64,000 bases of DNA from Pseudomonas sp. (GTDB lineage Bacteria; Pseudomonadota; Gammaproteobacteria; Pseudomonadales; Pseudomonadaceae): the NCBI RefSeq assembly GCF_030147005.1, contig NZ_JASLAW010000246.1:56542-120541 (forward strand), written 5' to 3'. The notes beneath the pieces are model-generated. The model was not told the origin of the DNA. It did not search any database and worked only from the letters and a program-made list of their open reading frames with translations. A program made the position numbers and the translations under genes. Shown in pieces: positions 50,701-58,514 of the stretch (position 1 is the first letter of the stretch; each line of letters begins with the position of its first letter).

Positions 50701-53006
50701 GCCAGGTCGGCAGCCAAGTGACGGCGCCCAAGGGCGATGTGAACATTGCCGCGCGGTTGGTCGATATCCTTGAGGCCCGTGACCAGCAACACATCACCCA
50801 GGAGACCAAGTTCAAGCAAGGCGGCCTCACGATTACCGTAACCAACCCGGTGATCGAAGCCGTGCAGACCGCCCAGCGCATGAAAACCGCGTCCGACCGC
50901 ACCGATGATGGCCGGCTCAAAACACTGGCGCTGGTCAACACCCTGATGGGGGCGGGCAACGGCTATATCCAGTATGACAAGGACCGGTCCATGGCCGGCG
51001 GCATTAATATCAGCATTTCGGCCGGCACCAGCAAGAAGGAAAGTAAAACCGAGCAGACCTCCAATTCGGCCGCCAGCTCGTCGGTGTTGGCCGGTGGTGA
51101 TGTCAACATTACCGCGGCCGGCGCCGGCAAGAACAGTAACCTGACCGTACAAGGCAGCCAGATCACCGCCGGCCATGACGTTAACCTCAAGGCCGACGGC
51201 GCTATTGCCTTGCTGGCCGCGCAAAACACTGTGCAACAGCGCACGACCGAAAAGGGCAGCAACGCCAGCCTTGGGATTGGCATTGCCATCGGCGGCCAAA
51301 CCACTGGCATCAGTTTTAACGCAGGGGCGTCCCAAAACCGCGGCAAGGCCGATGGCGATGATGTGGTCTGGAGCAATACCCATGTGGACGCTGGTAATAA
51401 GGTCTCGCTCGATTCCGGTGGCGATACCCGACTCAAGGGCGCAGTGGTGAGTAGCAAGCAAGTCACGGCCGATGTGGGCGGTGATTTCAGTGTCGAAAGC
51501 CTGCAGGACACCAGTACCTACAAGGCCAAACAGACTAGCCTGGGCGTGGGCGTGAGTATTTGCGTGCCGCCATTCTGCATCGGCTCATCGAGCTTCACGT
51601 TGAGTCAGAACAAAGGCATTCAGAAATCCAACTTTGAAAGTGTCACTGAGCAGAGCGGCATTCGGGCCGGGGACGGTGGTTTTGATATCCGGGTCAAGGG
51701 CAACACCCACTTGGTGGGCGGCGTGATCGCCAGCAACGACAAGGCGATTGCCGATGGCAAGAACAGCTTGAGTACCGGCTCATTGACCACCGCTGACCTG
51801 CACAACAGCGCCAAGGCCAGCGCCGACAGCAGCGGGCTCACCCTCAGCAGCGACTTTGTCGGCCAGGGCATGTACGGCGCCAGCAAGGCCTTGTTCAGCA
51901 ACTACCTGGATGCAGGGAAGGCTTCGGACTCTTCCGAGGGCAACACGCTGAGCGCGGTGAGTGCCGGCAATATCCTCATTACCGATGCCTACCGCCAGCA
52001 GCAATTGACCGGCCGTGATGCCAGTCAAACCGTGGCCAGCCTTAACCGTGACACCGCCCACTCCCATGTTGGCGCCGAGCGTCAGGACCTGGACAAACTG
52101 CAGCGTACCGCCGAGGCGGAGCAGTCGATCAAGAATGAGGCCTATCGCCAAGGGGTGCAGTTTACCGATAAGGCGTATCGCACCATGTTCAAAACGCCGC
52201 CACAGATGTTGGCGCTGGAGCTGGATGAACAGGGCAATGTGAAGGAAGGCGCGGACCAAAAGCCGTTGTTCCGTGTAGTGGGTGATGCAGAAAGGCAACA
52301 TCTGCAGGCGGATGAAAACAACGTAGTCAACGTAGCCCTCAATGGCATTTTCAACGACGACAAAGCCGCGGCTAAATACGCGGCTCAGCATCGCGACCCT
52401 GGCGCGACCGGGCCACAGTATTTCATGTGGTTTCCCAAGGCGGACAATACCCTGTCGGAGCTGTTGATTGCCGGGTATCAGAAGGCGATGGATAACAACT
52501 TTTTCGGCTTGACCAACTACACCGCGGCCTCGCGCCAGTTGCAGCTCGACTATGGCGCCACTGGCTTGCACCTGACTGAACACAGTCGCGGCACTATGAC
52601 CGGTGGCAACTCCCGACAATCCATTTACAACATGCCTGATGCTGCCGGGTTACTCAGCAAGACTACGGTGTATAACTTCGGTGGAGCGTTCAATGTTTAC
52701 ACCGCCGATGAACAGTTGGCCTTTTTGCAAAACCGTTCGGCCGTCACCGACCCAGTCGAACAGGCGAAGATGGTTCTTAAATACGAAGTTCATAACAACG
52801 ACCCGGTGGGCAGGTGGTTCTTCATGGGCAATAACCCGGGTACTGGCGGCGTAATACCTGAGGGCAGCAGCTTGCTCAAGGAGTTGGGCAATGTCTTCAC
52901 CGGTGATACGACCATGCACAGCTGTTATGGCAGTGGTGCGCAAGCCTGCGCAAGATATTGGCCGCAAGGCGAGCCGGTGCTGGTGCCTGTCAGCCCGAGA
53001 AAATAA
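44772..53006 (+). CDS. TpsA/CdiA-like filamentous haemagglutinin exoprotein (2744 aa) with a lipase-like C-terminus
   Basis: ESPR signal MNKHLYRIVFNKARG, TPS domain NPSGIACDGCGFIN, FHA-1 repeats, YLVESDPRF/RLGDGFYEQ/LTSDIVW region, FHA-2 repeats, C-terminal EHSRG. Confidence 0.92.
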   Translation: MNKHLYRIVFNKARGLLMVVAENVLGSKKASGTGIGVVPVVLNTVLTLRPLRFSLMAALGLITLASPLAWGDIVVDRGAAPGQQPVIINAANGVPQVNIQAPSAAGVSRNTYSQFDVNAQGAILNNARTNTQTQLGGWIEGNAHLAGGTARVILNEVNSSNPSQLRGYIEVAGDRAQVVIANPSGIACDGCGFINANRATLTSGSAQMQDGQLQGYRVESGKVVISGKGLDASQTDFTDVIARSVEVNAGIWAKDLRVTSGANQVNADNTQATVINGSGDKPQVAIDVAQLGGMYAGKIKLVGTEAGLGVRNAGQIGSSAGDVVISADGRLGNSGQISSSQNLQVDSQLGIDNSGSLYSKGAATLSSRGDINNQGVVAAQQDLTLTAQTIDNASRSILGAGVAADGAVSGNGALRVSASQTLKHQGSAIAAGDLQLSAENLDLNASKTAAQNVMLTARTGGADLSGAALDATGTLSTAVRQTLTTDSAKINTEGVQLAAGSLSNRQGEIVQVGKGATVIAVSDSLDNTKGRIASNATDVRLSAARLSNAKGRIEHAGTGSLTLQGQALTGAQGSLQSNGLLQVTVADAVLDGATTVARQIQIDANQLSNRQGNILQTGAGTLRINTMGLLDNTGATVASDSDISLTADRLLNQGGAVQAAVAGNLKVTAHTLLDNSAGTLAAAKGAQLSTGQLLNAQGKITAGDSLTLSGGQVNNDHGTLAAIGALSVSADALRNRQGTVGSVGGPLVLTVSQGAFDNIGGVVQARQGVTITSLGLNNDDGLISGAALLLDSAGQGLSNQRGAIIGSGTVDLRSGELKNQAGLIQGSGAITLDTHGQTLTNTDSGSANGILGQAGITLRSGNLNNNAGFIGSKGDVAIHAAQVDNLDAGVLSSEKSLLLTAGGLSNRGGQLQSLGNARLDIGSGHLDNVGGLLRAGRTLTVDAGQLDNQQTQGSNQGVEGQSLALNLAQLLNRSGAIRADQLLSVNNTGQLDNSAGLISSSKQVSINADQALLNSAGTLIAGERLGLTSASLSGDGRVFSLGDISLNLASGLVNTGKLQANGNLEVTLQGTLDNQGGVQAGKQLRVLSGGVENRANGEISAAQLTLDVGDTLNNRGLIDAQITRINTQVLNNLGSGRIYGDHVSVAAGQLTNDVEDARAAVIAARERLDIGVGTLVNREHAMLFSAGDLLIGGALDAQGQATGQAGLVHNASASIEALGGLSLNSAELRNTNEHFSTQVVEVSREGVQEFQHTGSANRYRPDQISLYNDEVSHLVSPEGVADNYNRYDYTRTTTQTQILTSDPGEILSGGSMLLTANSVLNDKSRIIAGGTLVGTIGQLNNTEVTGQQTVTDSGTFSHLYRIHRKGRDRQGRSTAAYNPAASVTDIFLRPTQYLQNTAHTGSGLQLGTRLTSSVDQAAGGASAAKVNVGNGRAPGPVLEVAALQATAAGGVGESIRTGGLNVQVPDNSLFHLNPQANPNYLVESDPRFTSYRSWLSSNYMLDRLQLDPGLTLTRLGDGFYEQKLIREQIAQLTGRRFLDGYANDETQYRALLDSALTYAGKWKLVPGVALSPEQMAQLTSDIVWLVKKDVTLADGSVTQALVPQVYVRVRDGDLDGSGALMAGNVVDLKLQGDLVNRGTIAGRSVLAISADNLQNLGGRLTGGEVEVKARTDLNNLGGLIDASTRLNTVAGRDINMVSTTRNTESAQGTATGISRVAGLFVSDAKGELVVNAARDINLSAAQIVSSGKDGKTTVVAGHDINLGTVTQSREQSVQWNASNWRKDASRTDVGSVIQGEGEVRLIADNDLNARGAKVVSEQGGVTVSTGRDVNLSTSQSYNFVDEAHKVTGSNSLFSSKTTTTRDTVSETRAQATTLSGETAWVKADNDLNVRGSNVVSTSGTTLVAGHDVNVVAATDQLSEQHFKEVKQSGLFSGGAIAVTIGSQQRSDKNRTASETAAASTIGATDGNVSILAGNAYRQVGSQVTAPKGDVNIAARLVDILEARDQQHITQETKFKQGGLTITVTNPVIEAVQTAQRMKTASDRTDDGRLKTLALVNTLMGAGNGYIQYDKDRSMAGGINISISAGTSKKESKTEQTSNSAASSSVLAGGDVNITAAGAGKNSNLTVQGSQITAGHDVNLKADGAIALLAAQNTVQQRTTEKGSNASLGIGIAIGGQTTGISFNAGASQNRGKADGDDVVWSNTHVDAGNKVSLDSGGDTRLKGAVVSSKQVTADVGGDFSVESLQDTSTYKAKQTSLGVGVSICVPPFCIGSSSFTLSQNKGIQKSNFESVTEQSGIRAGDGGFDIRVKGNTHLVGGVIASNDKAIADGKNSLSTGSLTTADLHNSAKASADSSGLTLSSDFVGQGMYGASKALFSNYLDAGKASDSSEGNTLSAVSAGNILITDAYRQQQLTGRDASQTVASLNRDTAHSHVGAERQDLDKLQRTAEAEQSIKNEAYRQGVQFTDKAYRTMFKTPPQMLALELDEQGNVKEGADQKPLFRVVGDAERQHLQADENNVVNVALNGIFNDDKAAAKYAAQHRDPGATGPQYFMWFPKADNTLSELLIAGYQKAMDNNFFGLTNYTAASRQLQLDYGATGLHLTEHSRGTMTGGNSRQSIYNMPDAAGLLSKTTVYNFGGAFNVYTADEQLAFLQNRSAVTDPVEQAKMVLKYEVHNNDPVGRWFFMGNNPGTGGVIPEGSSLLKELGNVFTGDTTMHSCYGSGAQACARYWPQGEPVLVPVSPRK

Positions 53007-53017
53007 GGAGATTGATC

Positions 53018-53332
53018 ATGTGGCTTAAACCTATGGCATTGGCGCTGCTGCTTGCTACCCTCGTCACCGCCTGTTTCAGCGAGCCCTTTCAGCCCCCGGC
53101 GGCTGATGCGGACTTATGGGAGAAACCCGGCGCGAGCAGCAAGGATGTCTTGACCTCCATGTTGGCTTGCGGTGAGAAGAATGGCTCCGGCATCGATCCC
53201 AATGCCAGCTTCCAGGAGCGGGCGCAGCGCTTTGTGTGTATGAAGCGCTCGGGCTACACCCGGCGTGATGGTTTTGACGTCTGTGCGTTGCGCACCCAAG
53301 AACCGTTGAAGGCCTGTGAGTCGGCGCAATGA
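53018..53332 (+). CDS. Lipoprotein, candidate cognate immunity protein
   Basis: RBS TAAGGAG overlapping the tpsA stop, lipobox VTAC, four further Cys. Confidence 0.7.
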   Translation: MWLKPMALALLLATLVTACFSEPFQPPAADADLWEKPGASSKDVLTSMLACGEKNGSGIDPNASFQERAQRFVCMKRSGYTRRDGFDVCALRTQEPLKACESAQ

Positions 53333-53394
53333 AACCACAAAAAAACCGCCCTCTTTTTGAGGGTTCGTCACTCGACACGATAGGGACATCACCT

Positions 53395-53649
53395 GTGAAA
53401 TATGCAATCTGCGCCACCTTGCTGCTGTTACTGAGCGGCTGTCTGACCATGTCGGGTGAGTACACCGTGACGGCTCAGGACGCCTCCGGCGCCCCGTTAA
53501 CCAAGCTCGGCACGTTCACCGCCGAGGGCCATAACATTTACCCCATACGCAATGCGTTCTGCCTCAATGCGCCGGGGGCGACGGTCATCATTCGCGATGC
53601 CCGGACCGGCGAGGAACTGAGCAGCGAAAGCCCTTATCACTGCCGTTAA
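53395..53649 (+). CDS. Small lipoprotein
   Basis: GTG start, KYAICATLLLLLSGC lipobox. Confidence 0.7.
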   Translation: MKYAICATLLLLLSGCLTMSGEYTVTAQDASGAPLTKLGTFTAEGHNIYPIRNAFCLNAPGATVIIRDARTGEELSSESPYHCR

Positions 53650-53668
53650 GCCTCAAAAAAGGACTTCC

Positions 53669-54217
53669 ATGAGAGCGTTTCTGATAGCCGGCCTGGCCGT
53701 GGCCGTGAGTGGCTGCGGCAATATTTCCAATATCCGTGCTTACAACACGCCCTATGTTGAACCCACAGCAGGGGATACCGCACGCTTGCGCGTGATCACC
53801 AATGGCGTGGCGCGCGGTGTGCCGGGCCGTGACTGCATCGACTGGCGTGTGCCTGGCGCCGGGGTGATGGCCGTGTCCGAATCCGGCTTTGCGGGTCAGA
53901 ATAATGGCCGCAGCCTGGGCATGCCCGAGAGCAACCGCCGGGTGGAGGCGCAAGGCTCGGCGCGTAGCGAACTGAAGGTGCCGGCGAACAAGCCTTTTGC
54001 CATGAACTTCCAGAGTGAGGGCTATGTTTCTGGCGGCAATTCCTATAGCTGCAGGCAGAGCTTTCACTTCACCCCCAAGGCCGGGCAAGATTACGAACTG
54101 ATCCTGCTGGACGGTGGCCAGTGCCTGGTCGCGTTGCAGCGCTTAAACCCAGCTGGAAAACCTGAAAACGAGCCTGTTGAGAAGGCAGGGCTGTGTAGAG
54201 CATTGGATGCCTTTTAG
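53669..54217 (+). CDS. Lipoprotein
   Basis: AAGGA RBS, MRAFLIAGLAVAVSGC lipobox. Confidence 0.8.
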   Translation: MRAFLIAGLAVAVSGCGNISNIRAYNTPYVEPTAGDTARLRVITNGVARGVPGRDCIDWRVPGAGVMAVSESGFAGQNNGRSLGMPESNRRVEAQGSARSELKVPANKPFAMNFQSEGYVSGGNSYSCRQSFHFTPKAGQDYELILLDGGQCLVALQRLNPAGKPENEPVEKAGLCRALDAF

Positions 54218-54418
54218 CTTAGCGTATTCAGAATTCCAGCGATAGTTGGCTATCCGGACATTGCGGATAGTTCAAACTTAAAAGTGAGCCGAATCAATGC
54301 GCATCGGGGCGTGGCCTTTAGCCGACTTGACATGCCAGGCGTATCCAAGAGGCAGAGAAGTGAGCCAGCTTGCACTTGCGGAGGAGGCAAGCTGGGCGAA
54401 ACCAGAACCGAGTTGGTC

Positions 54419-54600
54419 GTCCGCTTTTGAGGTAGACATCCAGACAAAGGCCAATCGTTTTCTGGCGCTGTCACGAGATGGAGATAGATGGCATCACCGA
54501 CCACAATTTTTCTGACATGTCCGCTTATGGCCGAATTCAATCGGTCGTCACAGGCAGAAAACGGCCAGAAGTAGCCCCTCATGAATGACCCGAAGCGGAC
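54419..54600. repeat. Cluster of palindromic sites (half-site, S7, S8, S9 half-site)
   Basis: GTCCGCTTTT (54419); GTCCGCTTAT-GGCC-GAATTCAATC (54519); GGCAGAAAAC-GGCC-AGAAGTAGCC (54553); GACC-CGAAGCGGAC (54587). Confidence 0.65.
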
Positions 54601-54698
54601 ACAGTGGGATCGTCACCATTGCATGGGATAAAGCCTCTGCAACAGTCCGACAAGGCGCGTTCAGAGCGGCCTACCCAAGCAGAGCGCGGGAGCAATCA

Positions 54699-55193
54699 TC
54701 AAGGCTTGACCACCGGAATCGCCGGAAACTGAAACCCGTCGTCCACCCTTTTTTGGGTGAAGTCGCCGCCGCCGTCTCGCGCCTTGCTGCGGTAAGTAGT
54801 AGCGGTTAGCTCGATGATTTCATACGCGTCATTAAGGTAAGGGTTTCCTGGTTTGGCGGAAGTGATCTGCTCCCCCACCTGTTTCCCGGTAGTGATAGTG
54901 AAGTAGATCTTGCCGGACACTCCCCATAGGCCAAATTCCTTTTGCTCAAACCATTGGCCGGATTTGTCGGTCACGCGGAACTTCACATTGAAGGTGCCAT
55001 CGGCGCGACGTTCATTCAGTTGCTGCGTACGTTTACCGTCGAAGGTGGTCGCTTCGCCGTACCACTTACCGATCATCAGGGCGTGTTCCTGTTCCTGAAG
55101 GGTAGAGAGGGGTTTTACGGCATGGACAAGGGTTTGTTGATTACAGCCGGACAGGCACGTAAGGGTAAGCGCTAAAGCGAAAATCTTGAACAC
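54699..55193 (-). CDS. Lipoprotein of unknown function
   Basis: GTG start after AAGGA, lipobox LSGC, IGKWYG...FGLWGV. Confidence 0.75.
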   Translation of the reverse strand: MFKIFALALTLTCLSGCNQQTLVHAVKPLSTLQEQEHALMIGKWYGEATTFDGKRTQQLNERRADGTFNVKFRVTDKSGQWFEQKEFGLWGVSGKIYFTITTGKQVGEQITSAKPGNPYLNDAYEIIELTATTYRSKARDGGGDFTQKRVDDGFQFPAIPVVKP

Positions 55194-55380
55194 GTAAATT
55201 CCTTGGCGAATTAGCCCGCAGCCTGTCGATCCCTCTCAACTGGGAGACTCGGCTGATTTACTTGGTAGGCAGATAGTGAACGTCAATAATAGTCAGGGTG
55301 ATACCAAATGGTCACCCGTTTTCTCGGCGTGCTTTCCTGCAAGTACGGCAACGAGCACTGCACCCTTTAGTGGCAATTCA

Positions 55381-56304
55381 TCAATCTAGCAATCCCGCCG
55401 CCGTTCCTGGACTCAGGAACTCGATGACAGCACCGACGAAAAGTTCTGGCTGATCCAGCATGATGAAGTGAAAACTGCCGTCAATACGCCTGAAGCTGAT
55501 GTCTGGGGTCGAGACATAGGCGTTACGGAACATGGCATCAACGTGGGACGCCTCTATGCCGTAAAGCGGGTCATAGGCATAGACGACCTCGACAGGCACC
55601 TTGATGCGTCCAAGCTCAGGTCGCAGGTCAGTGACCATCAGCTCATACATGGCATTGGCCATAGTGTTTCGGTCCGAGTTTATCCCCGCTGCGACCAAGG
55701 CTGGCCTGACCGCTTCAGTTTTGGCGAGGCGGGCGATGGAGGCCTGCTGCATGGTTTGCGCCTGCTCAGGGGTTGCGGCCAACATTGCATCGCGCATCGC
55801 AGCAGCATGCGGGGTCGCCGTTTCACGGGTCGCGAAGGGGTCAAACAGCAAGGTATAAAAGGGCATCGCATCGACGATCATCAGGCGTCCCACTTGATCG
55901 GGATGACGAGCACCCAGCATCAGTGCCACCTCACCACCCAACGAATGACCGATGATGACCGGCGCCTCGAGGCGCTGGCTGCGGATGTATTCAGCGATCG
56001 CCTCAACCGCTGGCGCGACTACTCTTCCTTCCGGATCGGGTACAGCAGCTGAGCCGGCAAAGCCAGCTACCTGTACAAGATGGAGCCGATGGCTCTGTCG
56101 TAATCTGGAGGCCAAATCAGCCCATACTTCGTAGGACGAGGCAAATCCTGGGATTAAGATGACATCTGTTCCCGAGCCTTGTACCCGCACCGAGATAGCA
56201 CCCTGGTTGACAGTTTCCAGCGGCAGGGGCGCAGGCTGGGCTGGCGATGCAGACAACAGCGCCAACGTCGTGCCGATCCCGGCAAGAATCATTTCTGCAC
56301 GCAT
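55381..56304 (-). CDS. Exported alpha/beta hydrolase
   Basis: Signal peptide, LIPGFAS, GHSLGG, HFIMLDQPE; start after AAGGAG. Confidence 0.85.
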   Translation of the reverse strand: MRAEMILAGIGTTLALLSASPAQPAPLPLETVNQGAISVRVQGSGTDVILIPGFASSYEVWADLASRLRQSHRLHLVQVAGFAGSAAVPDPEGRVVAPAVEAIAEYIRSQRLEAPVIIGHSLGGEVALMLGARHPDQVGRLMIVDAMPFYTLLFDPFATRETATPHAAAMRDAMLAATPEQAQTMQQASIARLAKTEAVRPALVAAGINSDRNTMANAMYELMVTDLRPELGRIKVPVEVVYAYDPLYGIEASHVDAMFRNAYVSTPDISFRRIDGSFHFIMLDQPELFVGAVIEFLSPGTAAGLLD

Positions 56305-56535
56305 GGCGTTCTCCTTTTCGCGCAATGCGAGGTGACTTTTACGATTTCACGGGCGCCGATACACCGACGAACAGGCAGCTTAGCGCGGGTTCATAGCCAT
56401 TCCCTTGACCGAAAAAATATTTCCACTATACGGCGCACACAGGCACAGGAAAACTATCCCCGCCTGCAATCCTTAGCATCCCCCAGAAAAAACAAGATGG
56501 CCCCCTTTGACAGTCGGAAAAGGACTGAGCCGAGT

Positions 56536-56931
56536 TTATTGGGGTAGTTTGGCAATCACCTTGATCTCGAAATTAAAACCGGACAACCAAGTCACGCCAA
56601 TAGCGGTCGCCGTCGGGTAGGGCGCTTCGCCCCAGTACTCGGCAACTACTTCCCAGATAGTTTCAAATGTCGAGTCGGGGTCTACCATGAAGATGGTCGT
56701 GTCGACCACATCCTCGAAACTACTGCCGGCCTCGGTCAGGATCGCGTTGAGGTTGGCGAAGGCCAGGCGAACCTGTGTCGCGAGGTCCGGCTCGGCCGAG
56801 CCATCCTTGCGGCTGCCGACTTGACCGGATACGAACAGAAAACCGTTGGAGCGAATCGCCGGTGAGTAGCGGTGGAGCTCGTACAGTGCATGGCGGTCAG
56901 GCGGGAAAACCACATCACGTTTGCTGGTCAT
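56536..56931 (-). CDS. RidA/YjgF-family protein
   Basis: YSPAIRSNGFLFVSGQVG, PYPTATAIGVTWL, FEIKVIA. Confidence 0.88.
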   Translation of the reverse strand: MTSKRDVVFPPDRHALYELHRYSPAIRSNGFLFVSGQVGSRKDGSAEPDLATQVRLAFANLNAILTEAGSSFEDVVDTTIFMVDPDSTFETIWEVVAEYWGEAPYPTATAIGVTWLSGFNFEIKVIAKLPQ

Positions 56932-57071
56932 TGCATCTCTCCTTCGGGGCCGACATGGCCCGCTGTTTACGATGGAGCCAGTATAAAAAGACGGGCGACC
57001 TGAATAAACGCGCAACGCTGGTCATGACTGTTTGTAGAATCCAAACTATCCAGACCCCAGTGAGGCGTGAA

Positions 57072-57986
57072 ATGGACCGTTTCGATGCAATGCAGGCCTT
57101 TGCCCGAGTGGTGGAAACCGGCAGCTTCACCAAGGCGGCAGCCACCCTGCACATGAGCAAGACTACCGTGACGCAGCTCGTTCAGCAGTTGGAAGCGAGG
57201 CTGCGCGTGCGCTTGCTCAACCGCACCACACGCAAGGTCAACGTCACCGCCGATGGCGCGGTCTACTACGAGCGCGTCATCCGGCTACTGGTCGATATGG
57301 ACGATGCCGAGACCAGCCTGTCCAGCGCGTCGATGACACCACGCGGGCGGCTGCGGGTGGATGTGCCCAGCCCGTTTGCGCGAATGCTGCTGATACCGGC
57401 CTTGCCGGGGTTCTTTGACCGCTATCCGGAAATCCAGCTGACCCTGGGCGTGAGCGACCGGATTGTCGACATCATTGGCGAAAACGTCGACTGCGTGGTG
57501 CGCGGCGGCGAAATCATCGATCAGTCGCTTATGGCAAGGCACGTGGGTGATCTGCACATCGGCATTTATGCCGCGCCCAGCTATCTGCAGCGCTTCGGTA
57601 CGCCAGCGCACCCCCTGGAGTTGGAGGAGGGCAGGCACAGTACCGTTGGCTTCCTCTGGTTTCGGACAGGCAAATCCTTGCCCTACGCGATGCAGCGTGG
57701 TGAAGAACGCATCGAGGTCCAGGGTCGCCCGCAACTGACGGTCGACGACGGCAATGCGTACCTGGCCGCAGGCCTGGCGGGTCTTGGCATGCTTTGGCTA
57801 CCGCAGTACATGGCCAAACCGCACCTGGTCAGCGGTGAGCTGCTGCCGCTGTTCGAGGACTGGCACATGGCGCCAATGCCGATGTACCTGGCATTCCCGC
57901 CGAATCGGCATGTCAGCGCCAAGGTGCGGGTGTTTATCGACTGGGTGATAGAATTGATGGCCGAGCATGCGCCGGTGGTTAGGTGA
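57072..57986 (+). CDS. LysR-family regulator (CrgA-like), divergent from the RidA gene
   Basis: MDRFDAMQAFARVVETGSFTKAA...PRGRLRVDVP...SAKVRVFIDW. Confidence 0.92.
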   Translation: MDRFDAMQAFARVVETGSFTKAAATLHMSKTTVTQLVQQLEARLRVRLLNRTTRKVNVTADGAVYYERVIRLLVDMDDAETSLSSASMTPRGRLRVDVPSPFARMLLIPALPGFFDRYPEIQLTLGVSDRIVDIIGENVDCVVRGGEIIDQSLMARHVGDLHIGIYAAPSYLQRFGTPAHPLELEEGRHSTVGFLWFRTGKSLPYAMQRGEERIEVQGRPQLTVDDGNAYLAAGLAGLGMLWLPQYMAKPHLVSGELLPLFEDWHMAPMPMYLAFPPNRHVSAKVRVFIDWVIELMAEHAPVVR

Positions 57987-58025
57987 AATAGGTGTAAAGC
58001 CGTTTCAGGGCTAGATACTCTAAAC

Positions 58026-58049
58026 GTCCGCTTTTGGCCGTAAGTTGCC
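58026..58049. repeat. Palindromic site S10, right end of the island
   Basis: GTCCGCTTTT-GGCC-GTAAGTTGCC. Confidence 0.7.
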
Positions 58050-58087
58050 GCATTTGTGTCCTTCGAACCATCCATCAAAAGCAAATC

Positions 58088-58122
58088 GCCGAGTCGTCGT
58101 ACGTGGTGTACAACGACTCGGC
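58088..58122 (-). terminator. Hairpin downstream of DUF6124 module 2
   Basis: GCCGAGTCGTCGTAC...GTACAACGACTCGGC; stem homologous to 16723-16753. Confidence 0.6.
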
Positions 58123-58156
58123 AATTAAGGGAGCTTTCGCGTTGGGTGCTTGAAGA

Positions 58157-58390
58157 TCAGCCAGCGCACGGCGCTTCACGGTCAAGCAATCTGGCGGTCA
58201 GCAATACACCCAGTTCGCTCAGTTGGTGGATCGCCAAGGCGATGTCGCGGTGTTTGCCGTTGAGGTCTTCGGACAGGTCGAGCAGCAGGGTGCTGACGCT
58301 GGTGAAGGTTTCGTAGCTGTTGGTGATAAGAGCTTCGTTGCTGGCGTTGGGGGCTACGCTGAAGAGCGTGGCTGGGTCTGCTTTGAACAT
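58157..58390 (-). CDS. DUF6124/DUF3077-like protein, short paralog (77 aa)
   Basis: MFKADPATLFSVA...NSYETFTSV...LAIHQLSELG aligns with 16774-17118. Confidence 0.7.
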   Translation of the reverse strand: MFKADPATLFSVAPNASNEALITNSYETFTSVSTLLLDLSEDLNGKHRDIALAIHQLSELGVLLTARLLDREAPCAG

Positions 58391-58435
58391 GAAGATATCC
58401 TGAGTGGTGCCACCACCTTCCGCTACTAAACGATG

Positions 58436-58514
58436 GGTGGCGGCTGTACGCAGGTTAGTAGACCGGTGGATATCTAAAGCCGGCGCGCCCGAAGGCGCCC
58501 TACGCACAGCCACC
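58436..58514 (-). ncRNA. C4-like antisense RNA, copy 2
   Basis: Same cloverleaf as copy 1; loops CTACTAA and TAGATATCCA are complementary to flanking sites. Confidence 0.7.

Larger units (their letters stand above)
39857..58049. mobile_element. Accessory island delimited by 24-bp palindromic sites, containing a tyrosine recombinase remnant
   Basis: Palindromic sites at both ends and between cargo genes, recombinase pseudogene, MITE, visibly AT-richer spacers, unrelated cargo. Boundaries are inferred from the outermost sites. Confidence 0.6.

Noticed and set aside
39857..58049. Classical integron or prophage interpretation of the island
   Set aside because: The recombinase is too short and lacks the IntI insertion; no attC-like RYYYAAC...GTTRRRY structures were seen; no phage structural genes.
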